A stretch of 64,000 nt of DNA from an uncultured delta proteobacterium (GCA_963812015.1 CAWETI010000003.1:288001-352000); one strand, 5' to 3'. Counted from the first letter of the stretch, positions 41,026-51,568 are shown. Numbers and translations: made by a program. The notes: generated from the letters alone by a model not told the origin.

Positions 41026-41084
41026 CAGTTTAAACCGCTAATTTTATCCCCGGTAGGCAAGGCTGCCGCGAAATCTCGGTAGAT

Positions 41085-42569
41085 ATGACTATGACGAACG
41101 CCAGACCGAATCTGTCTGTCTATAGTTGGGTGTGTGGCTTCCTGGTCATCAGCCTTATTCTCTACCGCCTGGGCACCACTACCGCGGACAGCGATCTCTG
41201 GGGTTACCTGGCTTTTGGCCGCCTTTTTTGGGAGCAGCGGCGGTTCCCTTATGAGGACGTCTTTTCGTACGTCCCCACCTTAACCCCCTGGGTCTATCAC
41301 GAGTGGCTCACAGGGGTGCTGTTTTACCCTTTGTACAAGAACTTGGGAGGCCCTGGTTTACAAGCGTTCAAGTATGCGATGGGCCTTGCCACCTTCTGGC
41401 TGATCTATGCTGCCGCCCGGCGCCGGGAAGTCTCCGCCCTGGCCGCGGGCCTCCTCCTGGCGATGCTGGCGGGAGGCTTCCGAACCGGTTTCTCCCCTGT
41501 CAGGGCCCAGGTCTTCACCTATTTCTTTTTTGCCCTCACGCTTTTTGTCCTGGAGAATTACCGGATAAACAGGGGCCGACACACCTTCCTGCTCTTTGGC
41601 CTGATATTCGCGGCCTGGGCTAATCTGCATGGTGGATTTGTGGCCGGCTTGGGACTTATCGGTCTTTATGCCTTGGGGGAGGCCCTTGCCCGCCGCCACT
41701 TCCGGCCTTACGTGGTGTGCTTGGGGCTGGCCGTCTTGGTGACGCTGATCAATCCATATGGCTGGCGCTACTGGACTTACCTGGTTAATGCCCTGGCCAT
41801 GCCCCGGCCGGAAATCACAGAATGGGCTTCCGTTTATCAGGCCTTCCGCCAGGGAACCTATGGTCTGATAGATTTGGGGTATGTTCTTTGTTTCGCCTTA
41901 TTTTCGCTCCTGGTCATCAGACGGGAGGCGCCCAAGGACCTCACCTCCCTGATCATCCTGGGGGTGACTTTTGTCATTTCCGTCAAAAATATCCGAAACC
42001 TGCCCTTCTTTCTCCTGGCTTCGGGGGTTTATCTGCCCCGGGCCTGCAAATATTTTGAAGAAGATCTTCGGGTCCGCTTTCCTGCCGGCCTGGCCCCAGG
42101 GTTCTGCTCGCTCCTCATGGCATTCCTGCTGGTGACCTCCCTCTTCCTGGTGGCCGGTTTCCTAAGACTTTCCCCCTTCTCTTTAAAACTTCCCGAGGCC
42201 CCCCAAACCGCCACCGATTCCCAATTTTACCCCGTCGACGCCATTCGCTATCTGCAAGACAATCAATTATCCGGCAACCTCCTAGTGTATTTTGATTGGG
42301 GGGAATACGCCCTGTGGAATTTATACCCCCATTGCCGCGTGGCCATTGATGGGCGCTATGAAACAGTTTACCCCCATGCCGTTTGTCAGGAATATTTCGA
42401 CTTTATTAAGGCTCGAGGGAATTGGAGACAATTTTTGCATCGGTTTCCTCCCGATTTTATCCTGCTTCCGGCAAATATCGAAATCGCCGCTTTGTTGAAA
42501 AAAGAGTCAGGCTGGAAAGTAATTTATAGCGGCAAGGGGTGTATCCTCTTTCAGAACAACCCCGGATGA
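41085..42569 (+). CDS. Polytopic membrane protein, GT-C glycosyltransferase-like
   Basis: DSDLWGYLAFG, YHEWL, VRAQVFT, WANLHGGF, INPYG, ITEW, WGEY, IDGRYE; about 10 TM segments. Confidence 0.7.
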   Translation: MTMTNARPNLSVYSWVCGFLVISLILYRLGTTTADSDLWGYLAFGRLFWEQRRFPYEDVFSYVPTLTPWVYHEWLTGVLFYPLYKNLGGPGLQAFKYAMGLATFWLIYAAARRREVSALAAGLLLAMLAGGFRTGFSPVRAQVFTYFFFALTLFVLENYRINRGRHTFLLFGLIFAAWANLHGGFVAGLGLIGLYALGEALARRHFRPYVVCLGLAVLVTLINPYGWRYWTYLVNALAMPRPEITEWASVYQAFRQGTYGLIDLGYVLCFALFSLLVIRREAPKDLTSLIILGVTFVISVKNIRNLPFFLLASGVYLPRACKYFEEDLRVRFPAGLAPGFCSLLMAFLLVTSLFLVAGFLRLSPFSLKLPEAPQTATDSQFYPVDAIRYLQDNQLSGNLLVYFDWGEYALWNLYPHCRVAIDGRYETVYPHAVCQEYFDFIKARGNWRQFLHRFPPDFILLPANIEIAALLKKESGWKVIYSGKGCILFQNNPG

Positions 42570-43264
42570 GCCTGTTGCTTTCATATTATTAATTAGCCGC
42601 GCTTAGTGACGTTATCAATTGACTATTCAAATTCTGGGGACAAAGAGGGCGCCTGTGGACAATCGCGATCTGCTATATATCAGAACATTGCGAAAAACAG
42701 ATTCCCCAGTGCAAGATGTGACTATTCGCTGCGAAGAGTAAGTCATCCTCCTCATACGTGCTTTCTCCCCTTATATGCATAAGTTTATGCTGCTCCAGCA
42801 TGACAGGCTCCCGGTGCCCCACGTGGGTGGCCTGGCGGAAAACAGCTCTGCCGGCACCGGTTCATCGGTTCCGGGAGGCGGGACCAGGATGTCTCTCTGG
42901 AGGTTGCCGCAAGATTGGGGCGGGACGGTATCGGGTCTCAGGCGACCGGCGGTAATGACACGAGGGAAACCAGGCGGCTATGTCCCGGGACACCCATGGC
43001 TTTAGCGCGGCACAGATGCCGCTGAAAAGGCCCGAACAAGGCGGTTCTTCATAATAACTTATTGATATTACAATAATATTTATTTTAGTCGGTTGTTTCT
43101 GGGGGAAAATTTCTGGAGGAGCAGGTCTTCTTGTGGTAAAATTCACGTCACACGGCCAGGTTAGCAAACCCGGGGCGATTTTTCACTTCACTCAGCGCCG
43201 CGACCTAAACCCGGATTTTACCCAAGATGGCCTGAATCTTTTCCCCAAGGAGCACTTCCAGGAT

Positions 43265-44626
43265 ATGGACTCTTACAGAATCCCTCTGAGCGAAGCCGAG
43301 ATGCCCCAGGAGTGGTACAATATTATTCCGGACCTGCCGTCCCCGTTACCTCCTTATCTCCACCCGGCCACCGGCAAGCCCATTACCCCGGACGATCTGG
43401 CGGCCATCTTTCCCCGGGCCCTCATCGAGCAGGAAATGAGCCCGGAGCGCTGGATCCCCATCCCCGATGAGGTGTTGCGCATCTATCAATTGTGGCGGCC
43501 CAGCCCCCTGCACCGGGCCCGCAACTTAGAGAAGGCCCTTCAGACCCCGGCCCGCATCTACTATAAGAACGAATCCGTCAGCCCCGCCGGCAGCCACAAG
43601 CCCAACACCGCGGTGGCCCAGGCCTACTATAACAAGATAGAGGGCATTAAAAGGTTGGCCACCGAGACCGGGGCGGGCCAGTGGGGCTGCGCCCTGTCCC
43701 TGGCCTGCAACTTTTTCGACATGGAATGCACTGTATACATGGTCAAGGTGAGCTACCACCAGAAGCCCTACCGCCGCTCGCTGATGCACATCTGGGGGGC
43801 CGACGTCTATCCTTCCCCCACGGACCGCACCCAGGCCGGCCGGTCCATTTTGGCCAAGGACCCCAACACCTCCGGCAGCCTGGGTATGGCCATTTCCGAG
43901 GCGGTGGAGGACGCTGCCACCCACGGCGACACCAACTATGCCCTGGGGAGCGTCCTCAACCATGTAATGCTGCACCAGACCATCGTGGGGCTGGAGACCA
44001 AAAAGCAACTGGCCCTGGCCGGGGAGTCGCCGGATGTCCTCATCGGCTGCGTCGGCGGGGGCAGCAACTTTGCGGGCTTCTGCTTCCCGTTCGTGCCGGA
44101 CAAGCTGAAGGGCAAGGATATCCGTTTTGTGGCGGTGGAGCCCACCGCCTGTCCCACCCTGACCCGGGGGGCCTACACCTATGACTTCGGGGACACCACC
44201 GGACTCACCCCTCTGATCATGATGTACACCCTGGGCCATTCCTTCGTGCCGTCGGGTATCCATGCCGGGGGCCTGCGCTATCACGGCGACGCCCCGCTGC
44301 TGTGCCTGCTGGTGCACGACAAGGTCATCGAGGCCCGGGCTTATCCCCAAAACCCGGTCTTTGAGGCGGCCCGCCTCTTCGCCGAAACCGAGGGGATTAT
44401 TCCGGCCCCGGAGACGGCCCACGCCATCAAGGCGGCGGTGGATGAGGCCAGGGTGTGCAGGGAGACCAACCAGGCCAAGTGTATCGTCTTTAATCTATCG
44501 GGCCATGGCCACTTCGACCTGGCGGCCTACGACGCCTTCCTGGAAGGCCAGCTCAAAGATATCGAGCTCGACCCGGAAGAAATGATCCAAAAGGCCCTGG
44601 CGGAGTTGCCCAAGATAAAGCCATAA
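43265..44626 (+). CDS. trpB2: TrpB2-type tryptophan synthase beta-like PLP enzyme
   Basis: [46 protein letters not shown]; start MDSYRI. Confidence 0.93.
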   Translation: MDSYRIPLSEAEMPQEWYNIIPDLPSPLPPYLHPATGKPITPDDLAAIFPRALIEQEMSPERWIPIPDEVLRIYQLWRPSPLHRARNLEKALQTPARIYYKNESVSPAGSHKPNTAVAQAYYNKIEGIKRLATETGAGQWGCALSLACNFFDMECTVYMVKVSYHQKPYRRSLMHIWGADVYPSPTDRTQAGRSILAKDPNTSGSLGMAISEAVEDAATHGDTNYALGSVLNHVMLHQTIVGLETKKQLALAGESPDVLIGCVGGGSNFAGFCFPFVPDKLKGKDIRFVAVEPTACPTLTRGAYTYDFGDTTGLTPLIMMYTLGHSFVPSGIHAGGLRYHGDAPLLCLLVHDKVIEARAYPQNPVFEAARLFAETEGIIPAPETAHAIKAAVDEARVCRETNQAKCIVFNLSGHGHFDLAAYDAFLEGQLKDIELDPEEMIQKALAELPKIKP

Positions 44627-44799
44627 CCCCGCACTGACGCCAGGAAAAGAGGGCAGGCCGATGATGGCGCTGCCCTTTTTTCCAGAGGCTTTATGCATCA
44701 CGCCCTGGGGGGCAATAAATCGTGCCCCCGACAATTGATTTCCCTCACATCACACCTTAAGTTTAACGATAGATCAATTATGCCGTAAAGGAGATCCAC

Positions 44800-45315
44800 A
44801 TGGCGGAACGCCCCGGAATAATCACCATGAAAGGTCACCCCTTGACCCTGGTGGGCCAGGAAGTGAAAGCGGGGGACCAGGCCCCGGATTTTGAGGTCCT
44901 GGCCAATGACTTGAGCCCGTTTAAATTATCCTCCCTCAAGGGCAAGGTGGCCATCATCTGCTCGGTGCCCTCCCTGGACACCCCCACCTGCGATATTGAA
45001 ACCCGCTGGTTTAATGAAGAGGCGGCCAAACTGGGCCCCGACGTGGAAGTCCTGACCATCAGCATGGACCTGCCCTTTGCCCAGAGGCGCTGGTGCGGTG
45101 CCGCGGGAGTGGACCGGGTAAAAACCTACTCGGACCACCGGGAGGCGGCATTTGGCCTGGGTTATGGGGTCTTGATCAAGGAACTGCGCCTTCTGGCCCG
45201 AGCGGTGTTCGTGGTGGATAAGGCCGGGGTCGTGCGCTACGTCCAACTCGTCAAGGAAGTGGCGAATGAGCCGAACTACGATGAGGTGTTAAAAGTGGTG
45301 GGGCAGCTTACTTGA
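44800..45315 (+). CDS. tpx: Thiol peroxidase
   Basis: VPSLDTPTC, ISMDLPFAQRRWC, LLARAVFV, EPNY. Confidence 0.95.
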   Translation: MAERPGIITMKGHPLTLVGQEVKAGDQAPDFEVLANDLSPFKLSSLKGKVAIICSVPSLDTPTCDIETRWFNEEAAKLGPDVEVLTISMDLPFAQRRWCGAAGVDRVKTYSDHREAAFGLGYGVLIKELRLLARAVFVVDKAGVVRYVQLVKEVANEPNYDEVLKVVGQLT

Positions 45316-45371
45316 TGGGCGTTAGCTTGGCAAAGATATTTTTATAAGGGCGAGCCTATGTGTCCGCCCTT

Positions 45372-45824
45372 TTAGGTGAGAGGTAACCAGCTCCCCTGCC
45401 GCTTCTGGTCCCAGGCCCGGCGGATGACGCCGGCGGTGAATTGGGGCAGGTCGAAGCCGGGGAGCTCGGCAAGGGGGACGAACCGGGCCGCGGTGATATC
45501 GGAACCGACGGTCAACTCCCCCGCTTCATAGTCGCAGAGGTAGTCCACCAGGACATAGTGGTAAGCGACGTTACCGTCGGGATCGGGGAAGATGCGCTCG
45601 GCCACCGCGGCGATGCCCAAGAGGTTCACGGTTAACCCGGTCTCCTCCGCCAATTCCCGCTGGATGGCGGCCGACAGGGTCTCCCCCAACTCCACCAGAC
45701 CGCCGGGCAGGCTCCAGGAACCCAGAGCCGGTTCCTGGCCCCGGCGCACCAGGAGCACTTCTTCGCCCCGGAAGACGACGGCGCCGACGCCCACCAGGGG
45801 CTGATCGGGATAGTGACGTTTGAT
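45372..45824 (-). CDS. NUDIX hydrolase (start uncertain; AGGAG precedes an ATC at 45824)
   Basis: HYPDQPLVGVGAVV, Nudix box GGLVELGETLSAAIQRELAEETG, YHYVLVDY. Confidence 0.88.
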   Translation of the reverse strand: MKRHYPDQPLVGVGAVVFRGEEVLLVRRGQEPALGSWSLPGGLVELGETLSAAIQRELAEETGLTVNLLGIAAVAERIFPDPDGNVAYHYVLVDYLCDYEAGELTVGSDITAARFVPLAELPGFDLPQFTAGVIRRAWDQKRQGSWLPLT

Positions 45825-45847
45825 AGAAAATTCTCCTAAGATTTTTT

Positions 45848-45975
45848 CCGGGGAGGACCGGGTGAAGCCAATTCCCCCGCCCTCCCCGGAGACCCCTCCC
45901 AACCCCCTATATGGGGTTGGGGGTGGGGTTTTAGGGGAGGGGGCAGGGGCTTTTGTCCCTGGCCCCTTCCCCTAA
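45848..45975. repeat. REP-like repeat, family A
   Basis: ccctcccaaccccctatatggggttgggggtggggttttaggggaggggg. Confidence 0.7.
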
Positions 45976-45982
45976 AATCATC

Positions 45983-47542
45983 TCATATCTCCACCCGAAG
46001 CGATCGTTTCACCCGAATCGCCGCGGCGCCGCCCACAGGGCAGACGTGTTCGCAGTGGCCGCAACCGATGCAGCGATCCGGGTTCACCACCGGCAGCTTG
46101 ATTTTCACCCGTTCTCCCTCAAGGTTGACGACTTCCTGCTCGGAGAAGGTGATGGCCTTGGGCGAGACGGGGCAATGTTCCTCGCACACCAGGCAATCGG
46201 TGCCTTCGGTGTAGGGGATACACCGGGTACGGTTGATGGTGGCGGTCCCCAGGGCGATGGCCTGCTTGTCCGCCAGTTTGAGGTGGGGGATGGCCCCGGT
46301 GGGGCACACCTGGCCGCACAGGTTACAGGAGTAGGAGCAGTAGCCCATCCGGGGTATGAGCCGGGGGGTGTACAGCCCCTCCAGGCCCGCTTCCCACAGC
46401 ACCGGCTGGATGCCGTTGGTCAGGCAAACCTTCATGCATTGGCCGCAGCGGATGCAGCGAGAGAGAACCTCCGCCTCGCTCTGGGCCCCGGGGGGCCGGA
46501 TGAGAAATTCGTCGGGCCGCCGGGCCAGGGAACCCAGGCGGGCCAGGGGCACGGCCACGGCTCCCGCGGCCAGGGCGGTGACCACCTGGCGCCTCCCCAA
46601 GTCCAGGGGCGCCCGGGGGGCCTTGGAGGTCCAGGTAAAGCTCACCCGATCCTCTTTCTGGCACGCCTCCAGGCAGCGGAGGCAGAGCTGGCACTCGGAA
46701 GTCTGATGGCGGGCCGGTTTCCCCGGGGCAAAGGCGGCCATTTTGCACACCTGGATGCAGTCGCCGCAGTCGGGGCAGAGGGCGGCGGGCCGCCGCCGCA
46801 GCCGGGAGAAGCGGGCGATGAGGCCATAGAGGGCACCCAGAGGACAGAAGGCCCGGCACCAGAAGCGCCGGTCCACCCGCTCCGCGGCCACCATGAGGGC
46901 AAAGAGCACCAGGGTGAAGAAAGGCAGCAGGTAGACCAGGGGCCGGAAGGGCAGCACCGTGGCCTTGAAGAATTGATAGAGGGGCTCGCTCACGTAAGTG
47001 ATGGGCGGCCCCAGGCGGTAGAGGGTGAGTCCCGATTTCTCCACCCCATAGCCGAAGGCGGGGTAGAGAACGATGGTCAGGGTTCGGTAGAGCAAAGACA
47101 GGGGGTCGAACAGCCCCACCAGGTTGAGGGAAAGGAGGGTGCTCACCAGCAGGCCTACCAGCAGGTAGTATTTGCCCCGGCGCCACCGGGCCGCCACGCC
47201 GCGATCGGGGCGGGGGCTGAAGAGCAGCCGGCGGGTCACGTCCAGGGTCGTGCCCAGGGGGCAGACCCAGCCGCAGAAAAACCGGCCCAGGATGAAGGTC
47301 AGGGCCACCATAACCAGGGACCAAAACAGCCCGGCCACCAGGGGGCTGAAGGTCAAGAGCTGGGCCGCCAGGATCAGGGGGTCGAAGCGGAAGAACAGGT
47401 CCACGGGCCAGGCCAGGTTTTCCTGCCCTTCGAAGGTAGCTTTCAGAAACAGCCAGACAAACAGGGCCAGAAAAAGGACCTGGATGACCCGGCGGAGGCG
47501 CAGCCAGGTGCGGTTGGTTAAGGAATAAGTTTTGGTTTCCAT
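45983..47542 (-). CDS. Membrane polyferredoxin (NapH/MauN-like fused to MauM-like 4Fe-4S domains)
   Basis: GRFFCGWVCPLG, FWCRAFCPLG, RPPGA, several CxxCxxCxxxCP motifs. Confidence 0.9.
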   Translation of the reverse strand: METKTYSLTNRTWLRLRRVIQVLFLALFVWLFLKATFEGQENLAWPVDLFFRFDPLILAAQLLTFSPLVAGLFWSLVMVALTFILGRFFCGWVCPLGTTLDVTRRLLFSPRPDRGVAARWRRGKYYLLVGLLVSTLLSLNLVGLFDPLSLLYRTLTIVLYPAFGYGVEKSGLTLYRLGPPITYVSEPLYQFFKATVLPFRPLVYLLPFFTLVLFALMVAAERVDRRFWCRAFCPLGALYGLIARFSRLRRRPAALCPDCGDCIQVCKMAAFAPGKPARHQTSECQLCLRCLEACQKEDRVSFTWTSKAPRAPLDLGRRQVVTALAAGAVAVPLARLGSLARRPDEFLIRPPGAQSEAEVLSRCIRCGQCMKVCLTNGIQPVLWEAGLEGLYTPRLIPRMGYCSYSCNLCGQVCPTGAIPHLKLADKQAIALGTATINRTRCIPYTEGTDCLVCEEHCPVSPKAITFSEQEVVNLEGERVKIKLPVVNPDRCIGCGHCEHVCPVGGAAAIRVKRSLRVEI

Positions 47543-47572
47543 GGTGTTAAGGGCTGGAGATTAAGGAACTGA

Positions 47573-48337
47573 TTAGGCTCCAAGATTTGACCGGTCTCCC
47601 CGTAGACTGGCTTGACAATCACCAGCGGGGGCTTTTTTCAGCAACTTCAGTCCATAGGGACACACCGCCGAACAGATTCCACAGACGTGCCCTCCATGGA
47701 GTTGGAAATAATTTTCTTTCTTCCAACGGTCACAAGCTCTGGGGTCCAGGATGTCTTCCCGCGGTAGCCCCGGATACCACAAGTTGCCGGTCAACGCTCC
47801 GGCAGGGCAGGCATCCACGCAGCGGGTGCAACGGCCGCAGAAGCTGCGCTCCATTGGCGGCCCACAGGGGAGGTCCATATCGGTAAAAACCGTTCCCAAG
47901 CGAATCCAGGAGCCAAACTTACGGGTGACAAGCTGGCAATGGCGGCCGATCCAGCCTAATCCTGCCCGGGTGGCCGCAGTTTTATGGGGAAAGTCTCCTT
48001 TGATGTTTACCGGATCGCTACGTTTTGCAGCAGCCAACGGCTGGGCTCGAAAGCCCCGGCTTCTGACGGCGGCTGCCAAAATCCCCGCCAGCTCATTAAT
48101 CTGGTGGTTCACCCGGTCATACTCATCCGCATAGGCTTGGGTTGGGCCATGGCGGACCTCTGCCATCACCTGGGGGGTTATGGGGACAGCCCAAGAAAGG
48201 GCGCAGGGAAACCCTCGCCCTTCCGCATCCTTGGGGGTAGAGAACCCCTGCAGGTCGGCCGCACCCCAAAGGACAATTGTCTGCTCTTGCATCCCCAGGG
48301 TCAGCCAAGAAGGGAAAGAGGTTAAGGAAACTGGCAA
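47573..48337 (-). CDS. Epoxyqueuosine reductase-like 4Fe-4S double-cluster protein (start uncertain)
   Basis: FPHKTAATRAGLGWIG, GSWIRLGTVFTD, CGRCTRCVDACP, CGICSAVCPYG. Confidence 0.82.
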   Translation of the reverse strand: MPVSLTSFPSWLTLGMQEQTIVLWGAADLQGFSTPKDAEGRGFPCALSWAVPITPQVMAEVRHGPTQAYADEYDRVNHQINELAGILAAAVRSRGFRAQPLAAAKRSDPVNIKGDFPHKTAATRAGLGWIGRHCQLVTRKFGSWIRLGTVFTDMDLPCGPPMERSFCGRCTRCVDACPAGALTGNLWYPGLPREDILDPRACDRWKKENYFQLHGGHVCGICSAVCPYGLKLLKKAPAGDCQASLRGDRSNLGA

Positions 48338-48440
48338 AACTTAGTTTTCCTCTCCCGCAAATTTTCCAGCGATTTTTCCGGAATAATTCAGTAAATTAAT
48401 TAACAATCCTGATAGCGAAAACCAGCGCCCGATTCCTTCC

Positions 48441-49361
48441 TTAAGAAGAAAGGATCTTGATCTTGTTCAGATCCATTTCACCCCGGCCGGCCTGGTGGGA
48501 TTTGGCGATATAGCCGATATCCGTGGGTTTCATGCCAAACAGACCGGTGCCCAGGGCATCCAGGGCCACGGGATCGGTGCTGGCGAACACCAGGTTTTTC
48601 ACCTCCACATCCTCGAGGCTGCCTCCCGATGGCCCATTCCGGAGCAGGATGCGGGTGGCGTCCAGGACGTGCAGGTCGGGGCGCAACAGCAAATTCATGT
48701 CGGCGATATTCTGGTGCAGGCCCACATGGATGCGGCCTCGCCAGCCGCCGATGGCCCCCATCATGTTCTTCAGGCACATGGTGAGTCGGGCTTCGGAGTG
48801 ATTTTTGGCGATGGGGATGTTAATGAAGCGGTCGGCCTCCAAAATCTCTTTGTAGAAATACCATTTCTTCAGGGCCCTGGCCTTCTCGATCTGGAGTTCC
48901 ACGAACCCGCGGTCATCCACGTACTCCACCACCGCCCGGGGGTCTTTGATGGCCTCCACCGCCGCCTTGATTCCCGAGTTGACGTAGGCCTTGCGGGCGT
49001 CGTGGCAGGTGTTGTCCAGCACCTTGACCTTCTTGGCCCCGGCTTCCAGGCACAATTCCACCACCTGACGCACCACCGCCGGGTGGGCATTGGCCGCCAT
49101 CTCCGGGGGCCGATCCCAGGCCATGTTGGGTTTGACCACCACCACTTCGCCGGCATTGACGAACTTTTTCATCCCGCCCAGGGCCTGAATGGTATCTCCC
49201 ACCAGTTGGGCGTAATTGGCGCCCTGGGCCTTGGCGACGATGGGTTGAGGCGCTTCCTGGGGGGCCATGGCCCACACTTCTTCGGGCAACACCAGCTGCC
49301 CAGCCCCGGCCATCAGGCCTAACGCTGCCATTTGCCTAAGGAAATCACGACGATGCATCAT
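48441..49361 (-). CDS. DUF362 domain protein with Tat signal
   Basis: HRRDFLR, VVVKPN, IPIAKNH, LTMCLKNMMG, DPVALDA. Confidence 0.9.
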   Translation of the reverse strand: MMHRRDFLRQMAALGLMAGAGQLVLPEEVWAMAPQEAPQPIVAKAQGANYAQLVGDTIQALGGMKKFVNAGEVVVVKPNMAWDRPPEMAANAHPAVVRQVVELCLEAGAKKVKVLDNTCHDARKAYVNSGIKAAVEAIKDPRAVVEYVDDRGFVELQIEKARALKKWYFYKEILEADRFINIPIAKNHSEARLTMCLKNMMGAIGGWRGRIHVGLHQNIADMNLLLRPDLHVLDATRILLRNGPSGGSLEDVEVKNLVFASTDPVALDALGTGLFGMKPTDIGYIAKSHQAGRGEMDLNKIKILSS

Positions 49362-49453
49362 CGCCTCCGGTGAGCCCTCTAGATATTTTCTAGTCTAAAC
49401 ACAGTCATGTGAGTTTGCAAGTTTTTCTTGACAAGAAGCGGAAAACCAAATAT

Positions 49454-49493
49454 TGACTATACAGTCATTACAATGACCCGGTAGTCATTGTAA
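49454..49493. promoter_or_regulatory. Tandem TGAC-N6-GTCA operators, probable TetR sites
   Basis: TGACtatacaGTCA (49454-67) and perfect TTACAATGAC-N6-GTCATTGTAA (49468-93). Confidence 0.75.
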
Positions 49494-49553
49494 CGAATAT
49501 GGAAGTCCCTGAGGATATTTTTTTCGAGAAACCCCGGCGACCAAGCCTGAGAA

Positions 49554-50207
49554 ATGAACGCGCCCCCCAAAACCACTAAAAAAGAAATTGTCACCGCGTT
49601 TCGCACCCGGGAGATCCTGGCGGCGGCCCGGAGGCTGCTATATCAGCGCGGCCTGGAAGTTATGACCATGGAAGAGATCGCCGCCTCCGCCGGGGTGGCC
49701 AAGGGGACGTTGTATCTCTATTTCCAGAGCAAAGACGACCTGATCCAGGCCCTCATCACCCAGGTGGGGGAAAATATTCTTCAGGACGTGGATGCCGCCC
49801 TCCAGGCCCCCGGAACGCCTCCGGAGAAGTTGGTCCGGATGGTGTCGGTCCTCCTGGAGTATCTCAACCGGGACCGGCTGTTGTTCCCCATTTATGCCCG
49901 GGAACTGCTCCGGGGGGAGCAGGAAGCCCGGGAAGGCTTTCGGCGCGACTACCAGGAGTTAGAAGAACGATTTGTCACCCTGGTGACGGGCCTGTTTGCC
50001 GAAGGCATTGCCGCCGGCCAATTTATTCCCGCCAATCCCCGCCTTCTCACCTTCTTGATTCGAGGGTTGGTTCGGGCCACCGGCTACTATCAGAAGGCCG
50101 AAGGACGGGCTGAGGCCGCCCAAGAGGCCTTACCGGTAATTCTCACCCTGCTCTCTTCCGGGGTAATCCGAGAAAAGCAATCTACAGTAGAGGAAGCGGC
50201 GCGATGA
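49554..50207 (+). CDS. TetR/AcrR family regulator
   Basis: TMEEIAASAGVAKGTLYLYFQSKDDL. Confidence 0.95.
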   Translation: MNAPPKTTKKEIVTAFRTREILAAARRLLYQRGLEVMTMEEIAASAGVAKGTLYLYFQSKDDLIQALITQVGENILQDVDAALQAPGTPPEKLVRMVSVLLEYLNRDRLLFPIYARELLRGEQEAREGFRRDYQELEERFVTLVTGLFAEGIAAGQFIPANPRLLTFLIRGLVRATGYYQKAEGRAEAAQEALPVILTLLSSGVIREKQSTVEEAAR

Positions 50208-51568
50208 TGGCCAGGAACCTTTGGCGAGTGCTGGTGTTTGGGCTCATAATGTGGGGTGCGGCGGTCCTTCCAGGTGAGACCGCCGAGCCCCCGGCTTCCC
50301 ACCTGGATCTGAAGGAAGCCCTGCGACTGGCCTGGAAGGCCAACCCCAATTTGCAGATCAGTCGCCTCCAGGCCCTCATCGCCGGCGAACAGGTGGTCCG
50401 GGCCCGGTCGGGACTGCTTCCCCAGATCAACAACCAGGTGGGCCAGACCATTTATGATGATCCCCCCAAGATGAAGCTCAGCGGGGGGATGTTGGGCCTT
50501 CCCGGTACTCTCGTAGTACCCCAGAGCAACCGGAACTTCTGGAGCAGCCAGACTACGGTAAACCAATTGCTCTTCGACTTCTGGGGCACCCCCTCCAAAT
50601 ATATGGCGGCCATCAAAGGCCATCAGGCCAGCCTCCTGGACACCACCCAGACCCGGGACGACGTGTTTCTCACCGTGGCCCAGGGCTACTTTAAAACCCT
50701 CCGGGCCCAAAAAATGGTGGAAGTGGCCAAGCAGAATGTCTTTGACCTCAAGGAGCATCTCCGCATTGCCCAGGACCAGTACCAGTTCGGGACCGTGACT
50801 TTCAACGACGTGCTCCAGGCCAAGGTCTCCCTGGCCGACGCCGAGCAGAACCTGATCGTGGCCGAAACCGATTTCATCAACATCCGATCGACGTTGAACA
50901 AGGTCTTGATGCTGCCCGTGTCCGCCGCCACGGTCCTGAAGGATGAGAAAGTCGACCTCAAAGCCTGGGCCTTGGGAGAGGCCACGGACGTCGCCTTGAA
51001 GCAACGGAGCGATCTCAAGGCCAACCAGGAACGCATCCGGCAGCAGGAAAAGACGGTGGTGGAGGCCCAGGCCCAGTACTTTCCCAAGTTTTCCGTGCAA
51101 GGGGGGCACACGTATCAGGTCAATAATTACATCCTGCACGATAACCAGTGGTTTGTCATCCTTGGCATGAACTGGAACATCTTTTCCGGGCTGGATACCA
51201 GGGCGGCGGTCTCCCAGGCCAAGCTCAAGGTGAACCAGTTGGAGGAGCAGCATAAAGATCTCAATGAGCAGGTCCGCCTGGATGTCCAAACCGCCTACCT
51301 GAAGATCAAAGAGACCGTGGACCGCATCAGGACCACGGAGACCGCGGTGACCCAGGGGGAGGAAAATCTGCGTCTCAACGAAGAGCGGTATAAGGAAAGC
51401 GTCGGGACCGCCACCGACGTCATCGACGCCGATACCCTCCTGACCCGGACCCGGGTCAATTACTGGACTGCGGTTTACGACCACCAGATGGCCAAGGCCC
51501 AAATGCTCTGGGCCATCGGCGGCATTAATGAACTCCTGCCCCAGGAGAAGGCCCAATATGGCCCGTAA
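50204..51568 (+). CDS. TolC family outer membrane efflux protein
   Basis: Signal peptide, ARSGLLPQI, AQYFPKFSV, ERYKESVGTATDVIDA; operon context. Confidence 0.9.
   Translation: MMARNLWRVLVFGLIMWGAAVLPGETAEPPASHLDLKEALRLAWKANPNLQISRLQALIAGEQVVRARSGLLPQINNQVGQTIYDDPPKMKLSGGMLGLPGTLVVPQSNRNFWSSQTTVNQLLFDFWGTPSKYMAAIKGHQASLLDTTQTRDDVFLTVAQGYFKTLRAQKMVEVAKQNVFDLKEHLRIAQDQYQFGTVTFNDVLQAKVSLADAEQNLIVAETDFINIRSTLNKVLMLPVSAATVLKDEKVDLKAWALGEATDVALKQRSDLKANQERIRQQEKTVVEAQAQYFPKFSVQGGHTYQVNNYILHDNQWFVILGMNWNIFSGLDTRAAVSQAKLKVNQLEEQHKDLNEQVRLDVQTAYLKIKETVDRIRTTETAVTQGEENLRLNEERYKESVGTATDVIDADTLLTRTRVNYWTAVYDHQMAKAQMLWAIGGINELLPQEKAQYGP

Noticed and set aside
41004..41070. GG-N10-GC sigma54-like spacing in the shared motif
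   Set aside because: Poor match to TGGCAC/TTGC, and the spacing is not kept in the 58365-58400 copy
42600..43130. Small ORFs (28-aa GTG ORF near 42655; 42775-43005) or a trp attenuator upstream of trpB2
   Set aside because: No Trp-rich leader peptide, no clear terminator and no motif support
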